A stretch of 36,851 nt of DNA from an uncultured Solibacteraceae bacterium (GTDB lineage: Bacteria > Acidobacteriota > Vicinamibacteria > Vicinamibacterales > SCN-69-37): contig CAZVHY010000017.1 of the NCBI GenBank assembly GCA_964627115.1, positions 1 through 36,851 on the forward strand, in the 5' to 3' direction. The notes beneath the pieces are model-generated. The model had not been told where the DNA came from and did not search any database. It saw nothing but the letters and a program-made list of their open reading frames with translations. The translations under genes were made by a program, and so were the position numbers. Positions 17,951 through 29,434 of this stretch are shown piece after piece (within the stretch, counting starts at the first letter, position 1; each line of letters starts with the position of its first letter).

Positions 17951-18214
17951 TTGAGCAACGAACGCAAAGCCGACGTCATCAGCACGTACCGCACGCATGA
18001 CTCGGACACCGGCTCCCCTGAGGTGCAGGTCGCCATTCTGAGTGATCGCATCAGCTACCTCACCGAACATTTCAAGACCCACGTCAAGGACCACCACTCG
18101 CGTCGCGGGCTGTTGAAGCTCGTCGGCCAGCGACGCCGGTTGCTCGACTATCTCAAGCGGAAAGACACCGATCGGTATTCGGATCTGATCCGCAAGCTGG
18201 GTATCCGCAAGTAG
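17951..18214 (+). CDS. rpsO: 30S ribosomal protein S15
   Basis: [57 protein letters not shown] at 17938-17943 lies 7 nt upstream of the TTG at 17951. Confidence 0.9.
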   Translation: MSNERKADVISTYRTHDSDTGSPEVQVAILSDRISYLTEHFKTHVKDHHSRRGLLKLVGQRRRLLDYLKRKDTDRYSDLIRKLGIRK

Positions 18215-18304
18215 CGAGCGGCCCGAGACACCCGGTCGCCGGCCGTGCCGGCGGGCGGCCGCGGTGACTCCCGCCAGACGCAGTTCCCCCCTTTCCAGGC
18301 TCAC

Positions 18305-20521
<2,217 letters not shown>

Positions 20522-20531
20522 AGTAAGATGA

Positions 20532-20563
20532 CCGCAGGTGTCCGGCGCGGCCGGACGCCTGCG
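20532..20563 (+). terminator. strong GC hairpin 3' of pnp, with no U-tract
   Basis: CCGCAGGTGTCCGG-CGCG-CCGGACGCCTGCGG: a 14-bp stem with one G-U pair, starting 11 nt after the pnp stop. It may be a 3' stabiliser or a U-less terminator. Confidence 0.4.
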
Positions 20564-20665
20564 GTGCTCTCCGGACATCCCGGTTCCCCGCTCCATCCGC
20601 GCGATTCAGCCGCCTCCCCGGCCAGTTCGGCGTCAGCATCGTCTGACGTTCAGGAGGAGGGTTCG

Positions 20666-21076
20666 GTGCCGATCCAGTTCACGATGCCTGCGTCCAGACG
20701 CGCGTTCGTCCGCGCACTGATCGCCGTTGCCGCTGCGGCCGGTTTTGGTGCGAGCCGCGCACGCGCGCAGGCGCGTCGCGACTTCTCCGTCGTGGCACGG
20801 CGGTACTCCTACACGGTGGCCGGCAACGACCGGGCCGAGATCCGCGTGAACCAGAACGACCTCGTCCACGTGACGTTTTCGTCCGAGGACATCCCCCACA
20901 GCTTCACCATCGAGGAAGCCCCCTACCGCATCATGCGCAGGGCCGAACCCGGCAAACCCGTCACGTTCAACTTCAGGGCCGACGCCCCGGGACGTTTCCG
21001 CTTCTACTGCAATCTCACCGCGGACGAACGCTGCCGCGAGCTCCAGGGCACGCTCATCGTCGAACCCGGACGGTAA
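20666..21076 (+). CDS. Tat-signal cupredoxin-fold protein (atypical ligand set)
   Basis: The twin-arginine motif SRRAFVRAL is followed by a hydrophobic stretch and ARA/QA. The cupredoxin-like pattern is VHVTFSSEDIPHSFTI ... GRFRFYCNL...GTLIVEP. GGAGGAGG at 20653-20660 lies 5 nt upstream of the GTG at 20666. The ATG at 20684 is an alternative start. Confidence 0.6.
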   Translation: MPIQFTMPASRRAFVRALIAVAAAAGFGASRARAQARRDFSVVARRYSYTVAGNDRAEIRVNQNDLVHVTFSSEDIPHSFTIEEAPYRIMRRAEPGKPVTFNFRADAPGRFRFYCNLTADERCRELQGTLIVEPGR

Positions 21077-21092
21077 GCGACACGGCGACCGG

Positions 21093-22241
21093 CTACCGCG
21101 ACGCCGTCGGTGGTCGGTGGCCGGTCGTCGCGCTGGCTCCTGTCTGAAACCGTTCCGCCAGCGCCAGCCGCTCGGCAACCGACGGGTGCCGGTGGAACAG
21201 CCAGCGTGTCACGAGCGACGGCTGCTCGTCGGCCAGATACCGCGCTGACGCGCGTCGCACCACGGTGGCGAACGCGTCAGCCTGCCCGGTCGAGGCCAGC
21301 GCGAACCGGTCGGCCCGCCGCTCGTGACGACGGGACTGCGCGTGGCGGATGGGCGTGGCAAGCAGCCAGACGGCAAGGGTCGCGAACGCGACGACCGGCA
21401 GCGCTGCCGGATCGGACGCACCTTGAAGGCCGAACCACGCACCCGCGCGCGCGATGAACAGATCGCTCACGAGGAGCCCTGCGCACAGTACAGCGGCGTC
21501 GAGCGCGAGCGACCGCCAGAGATCGCGGTGGACGTGATGCGCCAACTCGTGCGCCACCACCACCGCGACTTCCTCGTCCGACCAGTGGCGCACGACGTCG
21601 GCGGCCACGAGCACGCGGCGGCTGCTGCCGATGCCGGCCACCATCGCCACGGTCGGCGACGCCTCGTCGACGCGCCATTCCTGAATCGCCGCAACCGGCA
21701 CGCCCACGCGCGATGCGAGGCCGGCCAGCTGTGTCGCCAGCGCGGGCCGTGCGAGCGGACGCACGCCAGCCACGCGGCCGAGAATGACGGGCCCCACGCG
21801 CACCGCCAGTGCGAACGCCATCGACAGCAGTACGCCCGCCAGCAGCCACCAACCGCGCCCGGCGACGAGCGTGGCCGCGTGCACTGTGACCCCGGCGAGC
21901 ACGACCGCGGGCAGCAGGACGATCGACTCGGCGAGTCGGCCGCGGAGGCCGCCGTCATCCGATCGGCCGTAAGCCGGAGCGATCCGCCGCGTTCGGTACG
22001 ACACGGTCGGCAGCACGGCCATCTCGCACAGGGCCGTCACGGCCGCGATGAAGAGCACGACGCCAGCCAACGGCTGCACCGGGGATGGCAACAGGGATGC
22101 GAGGGATGTCGACGCTGCGAACAGGAGCCTGCCGATCGGCGTGAACGCGATCGCCGCGAGCATCAGCGCCGCCAGCGTCCAGGCCGCCACCGCCGCCTGC
22201 CGCTGACGCCGCTGGTACCGTGTCGCCTTCGGTTCGTTCAT
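21093..22241 (-). CDS. M48 family (HtpX/Ste24-like) membrane metalloprotease
   Basis: HELAHHVHRD zinc motif (HExxH), with several hydrophobic helices N-terminal to it. Confidence 0.8.
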   Translation of the reverse strand: MNEPKATRYQRRQRQAAVAAWTLAALMLAAIAFTPIGRLLFAASTSLASLLPSPVQPLAGVVLFIAAVTALCEMAVLPTVSYRTRRIAPAYGRSDDGGLRGRLAESIVLLPAVVLAGVTVHAATLVAGRGWWLLAGVLLSMAFALAVRVGPVILGRVAGVRPLARPALATQLAGLASRVGVPVAAIQEWRVDEASPTVAMVAGIGSSRRVLVAADVVRHWSDEEVAVVVAHELAHHVHRDLWRSLALDAAVLCAGLLVSDLFIARAGAWFGLQGASDPAALPVVAFATLAVWLLATPIRHAQSRRHERRADRFALASTGQADAFATVVRRASARYLADEQPSLVTRWLFHRHPSVAERLALAERFQTGASATTGHRPPTASR

Positions 22242-22256
22242 GGTGCTTTTGTGGAC

Positions 22257-22280
22257 GACTACCGGCTACCGGCTACCGAC
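22257..22280 (-). repeat. 7-nt tandem repeat (GACTACC GGCTACC GGCTACC GAC), the reverse complement of the GGTAGYC family
   Basis: Same heptamer family as 7061-7109, here on the strand of the M48 gene and just upstream of its start. Confidence 0.85.
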
Positions 22281-22312
22281 TGATGGAGGGCCGGACCTTC
22301 AGGGCCGGCCTC

Positions 22313-22399
22313 CCGGGCGGACACAAGGTCCGCCCCTACGCTGCGGCGTCGGACCGTGATGTCAGACCAGGCCGTAGGGCGGACCTTGTGTCCGCCCAC
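22313..22399. repeat. REP-like palindrome pair
   Basis: 22313-22339 is CCGGGCGGACACAAGGTCCGCCCCTAC. 22374-22399 is GTAGGGCGGACCTTGTGTCCGCCCAC (one G shorter). The two are in inverted orientation, 34 nt apart. Confidence 0.9.
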
Positions 22400-22425
22400 A
22401 CCGCCCCGCCGCCTTACCGCCTTCG

Positions 22426-25400
22426 TTAATTCAGCTGCACCGAAATCAGCTTCGACACGCCTGGCTCTTCCATCGTCACGCCGTAGAGCCGGTCGGCAAT
22501 CTCCATCGTCTTCCGATGGTGCGTCACGAGGATGAACTGGGTGTGCTCCTGCATGCCCTGCAGCATCGCGATGAAGCGCCCGATGTTCGCGTCGTCGAGT
22601 GGCGCGTCGATCTCGTCGAGCAGGCAGAACGGGCTCGGCCGGTGCTTGAAGACCGCGAACATCAGCGCCATGGCTGTCAGCGCCTTCTCACCGCCCGAGA
22701 GCAGCTGGACGTTCTGCAGGCGCTTGCCGGGCGGCTGCGCAATGATGTCGATGCCGCTCTCCTGCTCGTTCTCCTGATCGATCAGGACGAGGCCGGCGCG
22801 ACCGCCGCCGAAGAGCGTCGTGAACGTCTGCTCGAAGTTGCGGTTGATCAGCTCGAAGGCCTCGGCGAACCGCTCGCGCGTGGTCTTGTCGATCTTGCGG
22901 ATGGCCTCGCCCGTCTGCGCGATCGAGTCGAGCAGGTCCTTGCGCTGGGTGGTGAGGAACGCGTGGCGTGTTTCCAGTTCGTCGAACTGCTCGATCGCCA
23001 TCATGTTCACCGGGCCGAGCCGATCGATCCGCTTGCGCAGCACGCCGATCACCTCGTCGGCGTCGACATCGACCACCGGAGCCTCAACGGCAACGGCGGG
23101 CTCTTCGCCCGCAGTCAACTCCGCGACGCCTTCAGCGTCGGCCGCCCCCTCGGCATCCGGCGACGACTCAGCGGCCGCATCGACGTCCTCCTCGTCGCCC
23201 GCCGTCACCAGACGTGTGGTCGGCGGCACCAGCTCGCCCGCGGCACGCATGGCCTCCACGGCCGCCGACACGTCCTCGAGCCCGAGCCCCACGGCTTCGG
23301 CGCACGTCTCGGCAAGATGCGCCAGATCGGACGTGGCCGTCGCGCGCGCGACCTCGGACTGCATCACGTCGGCACGCACGGCATCGAGCGCATGCCGGGC
23401 CGTACGGATGTCCTGATCGCGGCCGTCGAACTCGCGCCGCAACTCCCCCACCTGACTGTCGATCTCCACGACCGCCGCGCGCAGGTCCGCGAGCACGCGC
23501 ACGTCATCGTCGAGGGCCGCCTGGTTCGCGGCAATCGATGCGCGCAGTTCCGTCGATCGGCCGTGCAGCCGCTCGACGTCCGCGCGGCGCCCGTGAATGC
23601 GCTCGTCGAGCTCGGTGGCCGCGGCCTCGAGCCGGCCGACTTCGGCCTCGAGCCCGGACGCACGTTCGACGAGCGTCGCCTGTTCGGTGCGCATCGTCGA
23701 CACCTGCCGCATCGCGGCCTCGGACGCCTCACGGGCGGCCTGCAGGCGTCCGAGCACTTCGCTCAACCCGTCCTCGGCGAGGCGCATCTGATCCTGATGC
23801 GACGCGATGGCCGCAATCGCTTCTTCACGGCGGCGTTCGGTGTTCGCGTGTTCCTCGACCGCGCGCTGGTGTTCGGTCGTCACGACATCGAAGCGCCGGC
23901 CGACACGGCTGTGCTCGTCGGCGTTGCGCGCCACCTGCGCCTCGAACCCGACGATTTCTTTCTCGTGCCCGTGTTGCACGCCGACGAGCGACCCGAGCAG
24001 CGACTCGCCTTCGCCAATCCGGTCGTCGAGTCCAGCCAGTTCCGCCGACAGTGCGTCGACCGCAGACGCGATGTCTTCGGCCTCCTGACGAAGCTGCTGA
24101 ATCTCAGCGCGCAGTTCGAGAATGCCGCGCGCATCCTGGCGCGCGCCGCCCTCGACGAGCCACGGCGCGCCGAACACTTCACCGGCAATCGTGGCCACGC
24201 GCCCGTTCGTGTGCCGCACCGCGACCCGCGCCGCCGCGGCCGACTCGACGACCCAGGCGTTGGCCAGCAGACGCTGCAGCCTCTCAGCGTGCGGCCCTGT
24301 GGCGCGCACGATGTCGGCAAGCGCGCGCGCGCCGGCAGGCGGTGCCTCGGCGCTCGCCGCATGGCTGTCGGGATCGACCCCCTCCAGCACGACGAACCCG
24401 CAGCGCCCGGCCTGCTGCTCACCCACGAGCGCCAACCCCGCCAGCGCATCGTCGGTGCGGTCCACGATGACGTGCTGCAGCAGCTCACCGAGCAGCGCGT
24501 CCACCGCGCGTTCGAACGTGCGCTCGACCACGAGGTGATCGGCCACCGCGCCGTGATGCCGAACAGCGCCGGTGTCATCGGCCAGCAGCAGGCGCGCGGC
24601 GTCGCCGAACGTGGCGCGGCGCGCGTCGAGCTCCTCGAGCGAACGCAGGCGCGCTTCGCGTGCGGCCAGGTCGCGCTCACGCGCAGCGCGCTCGAGCGCA
24701 ATACGCTGGCGCTCCGCACGTGTCGCGGTCAGCATGGCCTCGGCCGATGCGCGCCGGGCGAGCGTCTCCTCGCGCGCCGCGCGGGCGACCTCGAGCGCTT
24801 CCTGCGCCGCTTCGCGGGCCAGACGCGCGCGTTCGATTTCAGCCTCGAGCTCGCGCGCCTCGATCTCGAGACGCTCGCGCTCGGCCGCCACGCGATCGCG
24901 CACCGCGGCCGCGTGATCGCGCGCCTGCGAGAGCGCCGACAGCGTCGTGGCCGCCGACATGACCGCCGCACGCGTCTCGTCGGCGGTCTGCTCCACCTCC
25001 TGCACGCGCGTCAGCGTCCGCCGGTATTCGTCCTCGCCGGCATCGACCCGCGACGCCACTTCCTCGAGGGCCGCGCGCGCGCCCGCCGACGCCTCGCGCT
25101 GCGCCGACAGCGCCTCCTGCAGCGGCCCGCGCCGCGCGTCGAGTGCAGCCGCCTCGGCGTCGAATGCCTCGGCCTGCTGTGTGAGGTCGACGATCTGCCG
25201 TCCTTCGAACTCGATCTGCTGCTGCCGCCGCTCGATGGCCAACTCGCGCGCATGCGCGTCGTCGCGGGCCGTCGTGGCGCGCGCTTCGGCGGCTGTCAGG
25301 TTCAGACGCAGCCCCTCGAGCGCGTTCTCCAGTTCGGCCACGCGCGCCGCGGCCACGACTTCCCGCTCGCGCGCCGCCTCGAGACGCGTGTCTGCGTCGG

Positions 25401-26181
25401 CAATCTGCGCGCGCAGCACGTCGTACCGCCGCGCGAACTGCACCTGTTCCCACTTGCGGAGTTCCTCACGCAGACGCCGGTACCGGCGCGCGCGGGCCGC
25501 CTGGCGCTTCAGGGCGCCACGCTGCTTCTCCACTTCGAAGATCACGTCGTCGACGCGCGTGAGGTTGTGCTCGGCGGCCTCGAGTTTCAGTTCCGCGGCA
25601 CGGCGGCGCGCCTTGTACTTCGTGACGCCGGCGGCTTCTTCGATCAGCATGCGCCGTTCGGCCGGACGCGACGAGAGGATCTGGCCGATCTTGCCCTGCT
25701 CGATGACCGCGTAGGCCTTCACGCCCAGCCCGGAATCCATGAGCAGTTCATGGATGTCCTTCAGCCGGCACACCTCGCCGTCGATCAGGTATTCGCTCTC
25801 GCCCGAACGGTAGAGCCGGCGGCCAATCTCGACGTCGCGCGCGATGACGGGCTGCTCGTCGAGCAGCGGATCGGCATCACCCGCGTCCGGCACGCCAGCC
25901 GCCGCACGCATGGCCTGCCGCACCTGCGTGAACTTGAGCCGCACTTCGGCCGCCGAGGTCGGCTTGCGCGCCTCGCTGCCGCCGAAGATGACGTCCTCCA
26001 TGCGCTCGCCGCGCAGGCTCTTGGCACTCTGCTCGCCGAGGACCCAGGTGATGGCGTCGACCACGTTGCTCTTGCCGCAGCCGTTCGGCCCGACGATGGC
26101 CGTCACGCCATCGTCGAACCCCAGTTCGGCGCGTTCAGCAAAGCTCTTGAAGCCGGCGATATGCAGTTTGGACAGTCGCAT
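22426..26181 (-). CDS. smc: chromosome segregation protein SMC
   Basis: N-terminal Walker A (GPNGCGKSNVVDAI), long coiled coils with a hinge, a C-terminal LSGGEKALTAMAL signature, and Walker B (FCLLDEIDAPLD). Confidence 0.95.
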   Translation of the reverse strand: MRLSKLHIAGFKSFAERAELGFDDGVTAIVGPNGCGKSNVVDAITWVLGEQSAKSLRGERMEDVIFGGSEARKPTSAAEVRLKFTQVRQAMRAAAGVPDAGDADPLLDEQPVIARDVEIGRRLYRSGESEYLIDGEVCRLKDIHELLMDSGLGVKAYAVIEQGKIGQILSSRPAERRMLIEEAAGVTKYKARRRAAELKLEAAEHNLTRVDDVIFEVEKQRGALKRQAARARRYRRLREELRKWEQVQFARRYDVLRAQIADADTRLEAAREREVVAAARVAELENALEGLRLNLTAAEARATTARDDAHARELAIERRQQQIEFEGRQIVDLTQQAEAFDAEAAALDARRGPLQEALSAQREASAGARAALEEVASRVDAGEDEYRRTLTRVQEVEQTADETRAAVMSAATTLSALSQARDHAAAVRDRVAAERERLEIEARELEAEIERARLAREAAQEALEVARAAREETLARRASAEAMLTATRAERQRIALERAARERDLAAREARLRSLEELDARRATFGDAARLLLADDTGAVRHHGAVADHLVVERTFERAVDALLGELLQHVIVDRTDDALAGLALVGEQQAGRCGFVVLEGVDPDSHAASAEAPPAGARALADIVRATGPHAERLQRLLANAWVVESAAAARVAVRHTNGRVATIAGEVFGAPWLVEGGARQDARGILELRAEIQQLRQEAEDIASAVDALSAELAGLDDRIGEGESLLGSLVGVQHGHEKEIVGFEAQVARNADEHSRVGRRFDVVTTEHQRAVEEHANTERRREEAIAAIASHQDQMRLAEDGLSEVLGRLQAAREASEAAMRQVSTMRTEQATLVERASGLEAEVGRLEAAATELDERIHGRRADVERLHGRSTELRASIAANQAALDDDVRVLADLRAAVVEIDSQVGELRREFDGRDQDIRTARHALDAVRADVMQSEVARATATSDLAHLAETCAEAVGLGLEDVSAAVEAMRAAGELVPPTTRLVTAGDEEDVDAAAESSPDAEGAADAEGVAELTAGEEPAVAVEAPVVDVDADEVIGVLRKRIDRLGPVNMMAIEQFDELETRHAFLTTQRKDLLDSIAQTGEAIRKIDKTTRERFAEAFELINRNFEQTFTTLFGGGRAGLVLIDQENEQESGIDIIAQPPGKRLQNVQLLSGGEKALTAMALMFAVFKHRPSPFCLLDEIDAPLDDANIGRFIAMLQGMQEHTQFILVTHHRKTMEIADRLYGVTMEEPGVSKLISVQLN

Positions 26182-26348
26182 TCTCAGGTGTTTCCGGACA
26201 CGGGAACAGCAGCCCGCGCACCACGCTGGAGGAACGGACGGTGGCTGGGCGGCGGGTGGTTCTGAACGGGCGCAAGTCTAGCAAGCCCCATTTGTCGGGG
26301 CAAGCAGAAACGGGCCCACAAGATATGGGTATCAGCGAAATGTGCGTA

Positions 26349-28010
26349 TCAGCGAACTTGTGCCGTCTGGTTGCCGTTCCGGCGGGCTGCCGCACGTTCG
26401 AGCATGCTCTCGGCCTCGCCGAAAAAGCCGAGCGCCTTCTGGAGCTGCGGGTCGACGGCCGAGATGGACCGCCGGGCCTGTTCGATGCCGAACAGGTCGA
26501 TGTCGACCTCGTAGTGAATCATCGCCTTGATGAACTCGAGGTCGGCGACAAACGCCGCTTCGTCGATGATGACGCGGTCTTCCTTCAGGAACTGCCGGAA
26601 CTCGTCGACGATCGCGTCGGTCACGTCCCAGCCGGGCGCCACACGATGACGGGCCGCCGAACGCGAGCCGGGCCGCTGGTCGCCGTCCCGGGTGAACCGC
26701 TCGGCGAAATTGATGACGCGCCCGCGCAGCATCCGCGAGAACGCCGTGGGGTTGAAGCCGTCGACCGGCCCGGGCACGAAGTGATCGGGTTCGATGCCGC
26801 CACCGCTGTAGACCTTGCGATCGCCGTCGGTCAGCTTCATGTCGTCCGGGTTGTGCTCGCGCTGCGCGTCCTGGTCGCGCTGCGAATACAGCATGTAATC
26901 GTCGAAGCTGCCGTCCCACGGCCTCTGGATCATCCGGCCGCTCGGCGTGTAGTAGCGGCCCGTGGTCAGCGCCAGGCCCGCGCCGTTGGCAATCGGGTAC
27001 ACGGACTGCACGAGCGCCTTGCCGAACGTCGTTTCGCCGACGACGATGCCGCGGTCGTGGTCCTGCACCGCGCCGGTGACGATCTCCGACGCACTGGCGC
27101 TCTGGCGGTTCACCAGCACGACGAGCGGCAGATCGATGTGGTCGCCCTGGCGCGTGGCCTTGTAGATCTCGTCCGAGTTGCGCACGCGCCCACGCGTCGA
27201 CACGATGACCTCGCCGCGATGGAGGAAACGGTTGGACACGGCAATGGCCTGATCGAGCGGGCCGCCGGGATTGTCGCGCAGGTCGAGCACGAGCCGCTGC
27301 ATGCCCTCGCTCTTGAGCCGCGTCAGCGCCTCGCCGAACTCCTGGTTGGTGGTTTCCGAGAAGTCCCTCATGCGCACGTAGCCCGTGCCCGGCGCAATCA
27401 TGAACGCCGCGTGCACGGTGGCGATGCGCACTTCGTCGCGCTCCACGGTCAGCGGGATGACCGTATCGAGTCCCGGCCGCTTGATGCGCAGATCGACCGT
27501 CGTCCCCTTCGGGCCCTTCACGCGATCGACCACGTCCTGCGTCTGCCAGCCCTTCGCGTCCTCGGCGCCGACGCCCGCGATGATGTCGCCGCGCCGGATC
27601 CCCGCGCGATACGCCGGCGACCCTTCGAACAGTTGCGTCACGACGACCTCGCCCGTGGCGGGCCGATCGACGATGCTGATGCCGATGCCGAAGTACCGGC
27701 CTTCCTGCCGCTCGCGCATCCGCGCGAACGATCGAGGCGAAAAGAAGCTCGAGTGCGGATCGAGCGTCCGCAGCATGCCGTCGATCGAGCCGTACACGAG
27801 CGCTTCGCTGCCGCAGACGTTCGGCTCGGCGCAGATTTCGGAGGCCGGTTCGACATACTGCGCCTCGACGGCCGCAAGCGCCGCCGTGTAGATGCGCACG
27901 CGCTCGTTGGCGCGCTCCTGCGTGGTGACGGCTACACCGCCCGCGACGAGCCCTATCACCACCGCGGCCCCGGCTACGGTGGCCGCCGAACGAACACGCA
28001 GATTCCGCAT
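26349..28010 (-). CDS. S41 family carboxyl-terminal processing peptidase (Ctp/Prc-like)
   Basis: A PDZ segment (GDIIAGV), VLVNRQSASASEIV (catalytic Ser region) and GETTFGKALVQ. AAGGAG lies 7 nt upstream of the ATG at 28010 (MRNLRVRSAATVAGAAVV..., TM anchor). Confidence 0.85.
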   Translation of the reverse strand: MRNLRVRSAATVAGAAVVIGLVAGGVAVTTQERANERVRIYTAALAAVEAQYVEPASEICAEPNVCGSEALVYGSIDGMLRTLDPHSSFFSPRSFARMRERQEGRYFGIGISIVDRPATGEVVVTQLFEGSPAYRAGIRRGDIIAGVGAEDAKGWQTQDVVDRVKGPKGTTVDLRIKRPGLDTVIPLTVERDEVRIATVHAAFMIAPGTGYVRMRDFSETTNQEFGEALTRLKSEGMQRLVLDLRDNPGGPLDQAIAVSNRFLHRGEVIVSTRGRVRNSDEIYKATRQGDHIDLPLVVLVNRQSASASEIVTGAVQDHDRGIVVGETTFGKALVQSVYPIANGAGLALTTGRYYTPSGRMIQRPWDGSFDDYMLYSQRDQDAQREHNPDDMKLTDGDRKVYSGGGIEPDHFVPGPVDGFNPTAFSRMLRGRVINFAERFTRDGDQRPGSRSAARHRVAPGWDVTDAIVDEFRQFLKEDRVIIDEAAFVADLEFIKAMIHYEVDIDLFGIEQARRSISAVDPQLQKALGFFGEAESMLERAAARRNGNQTAQVR

Positions 28011-28032
28011 GCGCCTGCTCCTTGCGTTGCTG

Positions 28033-28839
28033 CTACTGGTCGCGATCGCCGGCATCGGTACGCCGCTTCTTGCCGAAGACCCACGCCACACCGATGCTCA
28101 AGATGTACAGTACCAACATCGGCGCCGAAAACACGGCCAGATTCACCGGATCGGACGTCGGCGTGATGATGGCCGCGATGACCACGATGGCCAGCAGCGC
28201 GTACTTGAAGTTCTTGATCATGAACCCCGCGGTGACGACGCCGAACCGCGCGAGGAAGAAGACGAGCATCGGCATCTGGAACACGAGGCCGAGACCGAGC
28301 ACCACCTTCACGTAGAGCCCGAACACGGTGTCGAGCGTCGGCATGAAGCTCAACGCACCGTCTTCGAAGCTCGCGAAGAAGGCCATCATCGACGGAAACG
28401 CGACGGCGTGCGCGAAGTACGCGCCCGACAGGAAACAGATCGACGCGAAGAAGACGAAGGGAATGACCACCTTCTTCTCGCGTGCGTACAGGCCCGGCGC
28501 CACGAACAGCCACAACTGCGTGAACAGGAACGGCGATGCGGCAATCAGCCCGGCCAGCGCCGACACCTTCAGGCTGAACATGAAGCCGGCCATCGGCTGG
28601 GTGTAGATCAGCTGGCCGCCGTTCTCGCCGAAGTACTGGACGAAATAGTGGAAGAGTGGCTCCCAGAAGAACAACGAGACGGCGCAGCACGCCAACAGGA
28701 CGTAGAGGCCGTACAGGATGCGGCGCCGGAGTTCGTCGAGGTGCTCGAGGAAGCTCATCCTCGAACGGTCGTCGACGTGCTCATCGTCGTACGCGTCGTC
28801 GAGCACGCCCGTGCCCGTGGTATCGGTGCTGGTGCTCAT
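28033..28839 (-). CDS. tatC: twin-arginine translocase subunit TatC
   Basis: FLEHLDELRRRIL motif and six predicted TM segments. I chose the ATG at 28839. The ATG at 28758 is an alternative. Confidence 0.85.
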   Translation of the reverse strand: MSTSTDTTGTGVLDDAYDDEHVDDRSRMSFLEHLDELRRRILYGLYVLLACCAVSLFFWEPLFHYFVQYFGENGGQLIYTQPMAGFMFSLKVSALAGLIAASPFLFTQLWLFVAPGLYAREKKVVIPFVFFASICFLSGAYFAHAVAFPSMMAFFASFEDGALSFMPTLDTVFGLYVKVVLGLGLVFQMPMLVFFLARFGVVTAGFMIKNFKYALLAIVVIAAIITPTSDPVNLAVFSAPMLVLYILSIGVAWVFGKKRRTDAGDRDQ

Positions 28840-28873
28840 GGAGCGTGGGACTGAACCGCTGGACGATCGGAAA

Positions 28874-29221
28874 TCAGGCGCGCTGCTCGCCGCCACGCGC
28901 GACCGTGTCGGCCACGTGTTCGGCCACGTCGTCGACCGGCGCGGCCGTGGCCTCACCATCGACCACGTCAGCCGTCCCGTCCTCGACGGGACTGGCCGCC
29001 GGGGCCGTCACGGCGGGCGCCCGGCTGGCCGCGGACTCCGCGCGCCGGTCTTCGAGCCGGATTTCCTCGTCGAGCGTGCTGCGCAGCTCGTTGGAGGCGC
29101 GCTTGAACTCCGAGAGACTCTTGCCGAGCGACCGGCCGAGCTCGGGCAGCTTGCGTGGCCCGAACACGATCAACGCCACGACGAAGATGATGATGAGTTC
29201 CGGAAATCCTAGAGGGCCCAT
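28874..29221 (-). CDS. tatA: twin-arginine translocase subunit TatA/E
   Basis: [40 protein letters not shown] is the canonical TatA TM plus amphipathic helix. AAGGAA is upstream. Confidence 0.9.
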   Translation of the reverse strand: MGPLGFPELIIIFVVALIVFGPRKLPELGRSLGKSLSEFKRASNELRSTLDEEIRLEDRRAESAASRAPAVTAPAASPVEDGTADVVDGEATAAPVDDVAEHVADTVARGGEQRA

Positions 29222-29321
29222 GGAGAATTCCTTACTGAAAAGAAGCATCCACAGTATAACCGGTTCAGACCGTGACGGCGTCTCCGGCGTCTGAAATCGC
29301 GCCGCAAGTGCTGGTTTGACG

Positions 29322-29350
29322 TTGACTTGCAGCAATCAGGGGCGTAGCAT
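29322..29350 (+). promoter_or_regulatory. candidate sigma70-type promoter for the ompA-family gene
   Basis: -35 TTGACT (29322-29327), a 17-nt spacer, and -10 TAGCAT (29345-29350), about 85 nt upstream of the ATG at 29435. Confidence 0.35.
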
Positions 29351-29434
29351 AACGGGCGGCGTCCCCAAGAGGCCCGAGAGTTGCATTCTCGTCGCGTTGT
29401 GTCCAACCCTTTCTCTTACCCACGGATATCCCCC

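Noticed and set aside
22516-26265. A 1249-aa ORF on the + strand, exactly antisense to smc. Similar long antisense ORFs occur at 17468-20596 (opposite pnp), 5913-8408, 3883-5886, 12042-14300, 10765-12171 and 257-1756.
   Set aside because: These are typical high-GC shadow ORFs. Their translations are Arg/Ala/Gly/Pro-rich with no motifs, and the opposite strand encodes unmistakable conserved proteins with proper motifs and start contexts.
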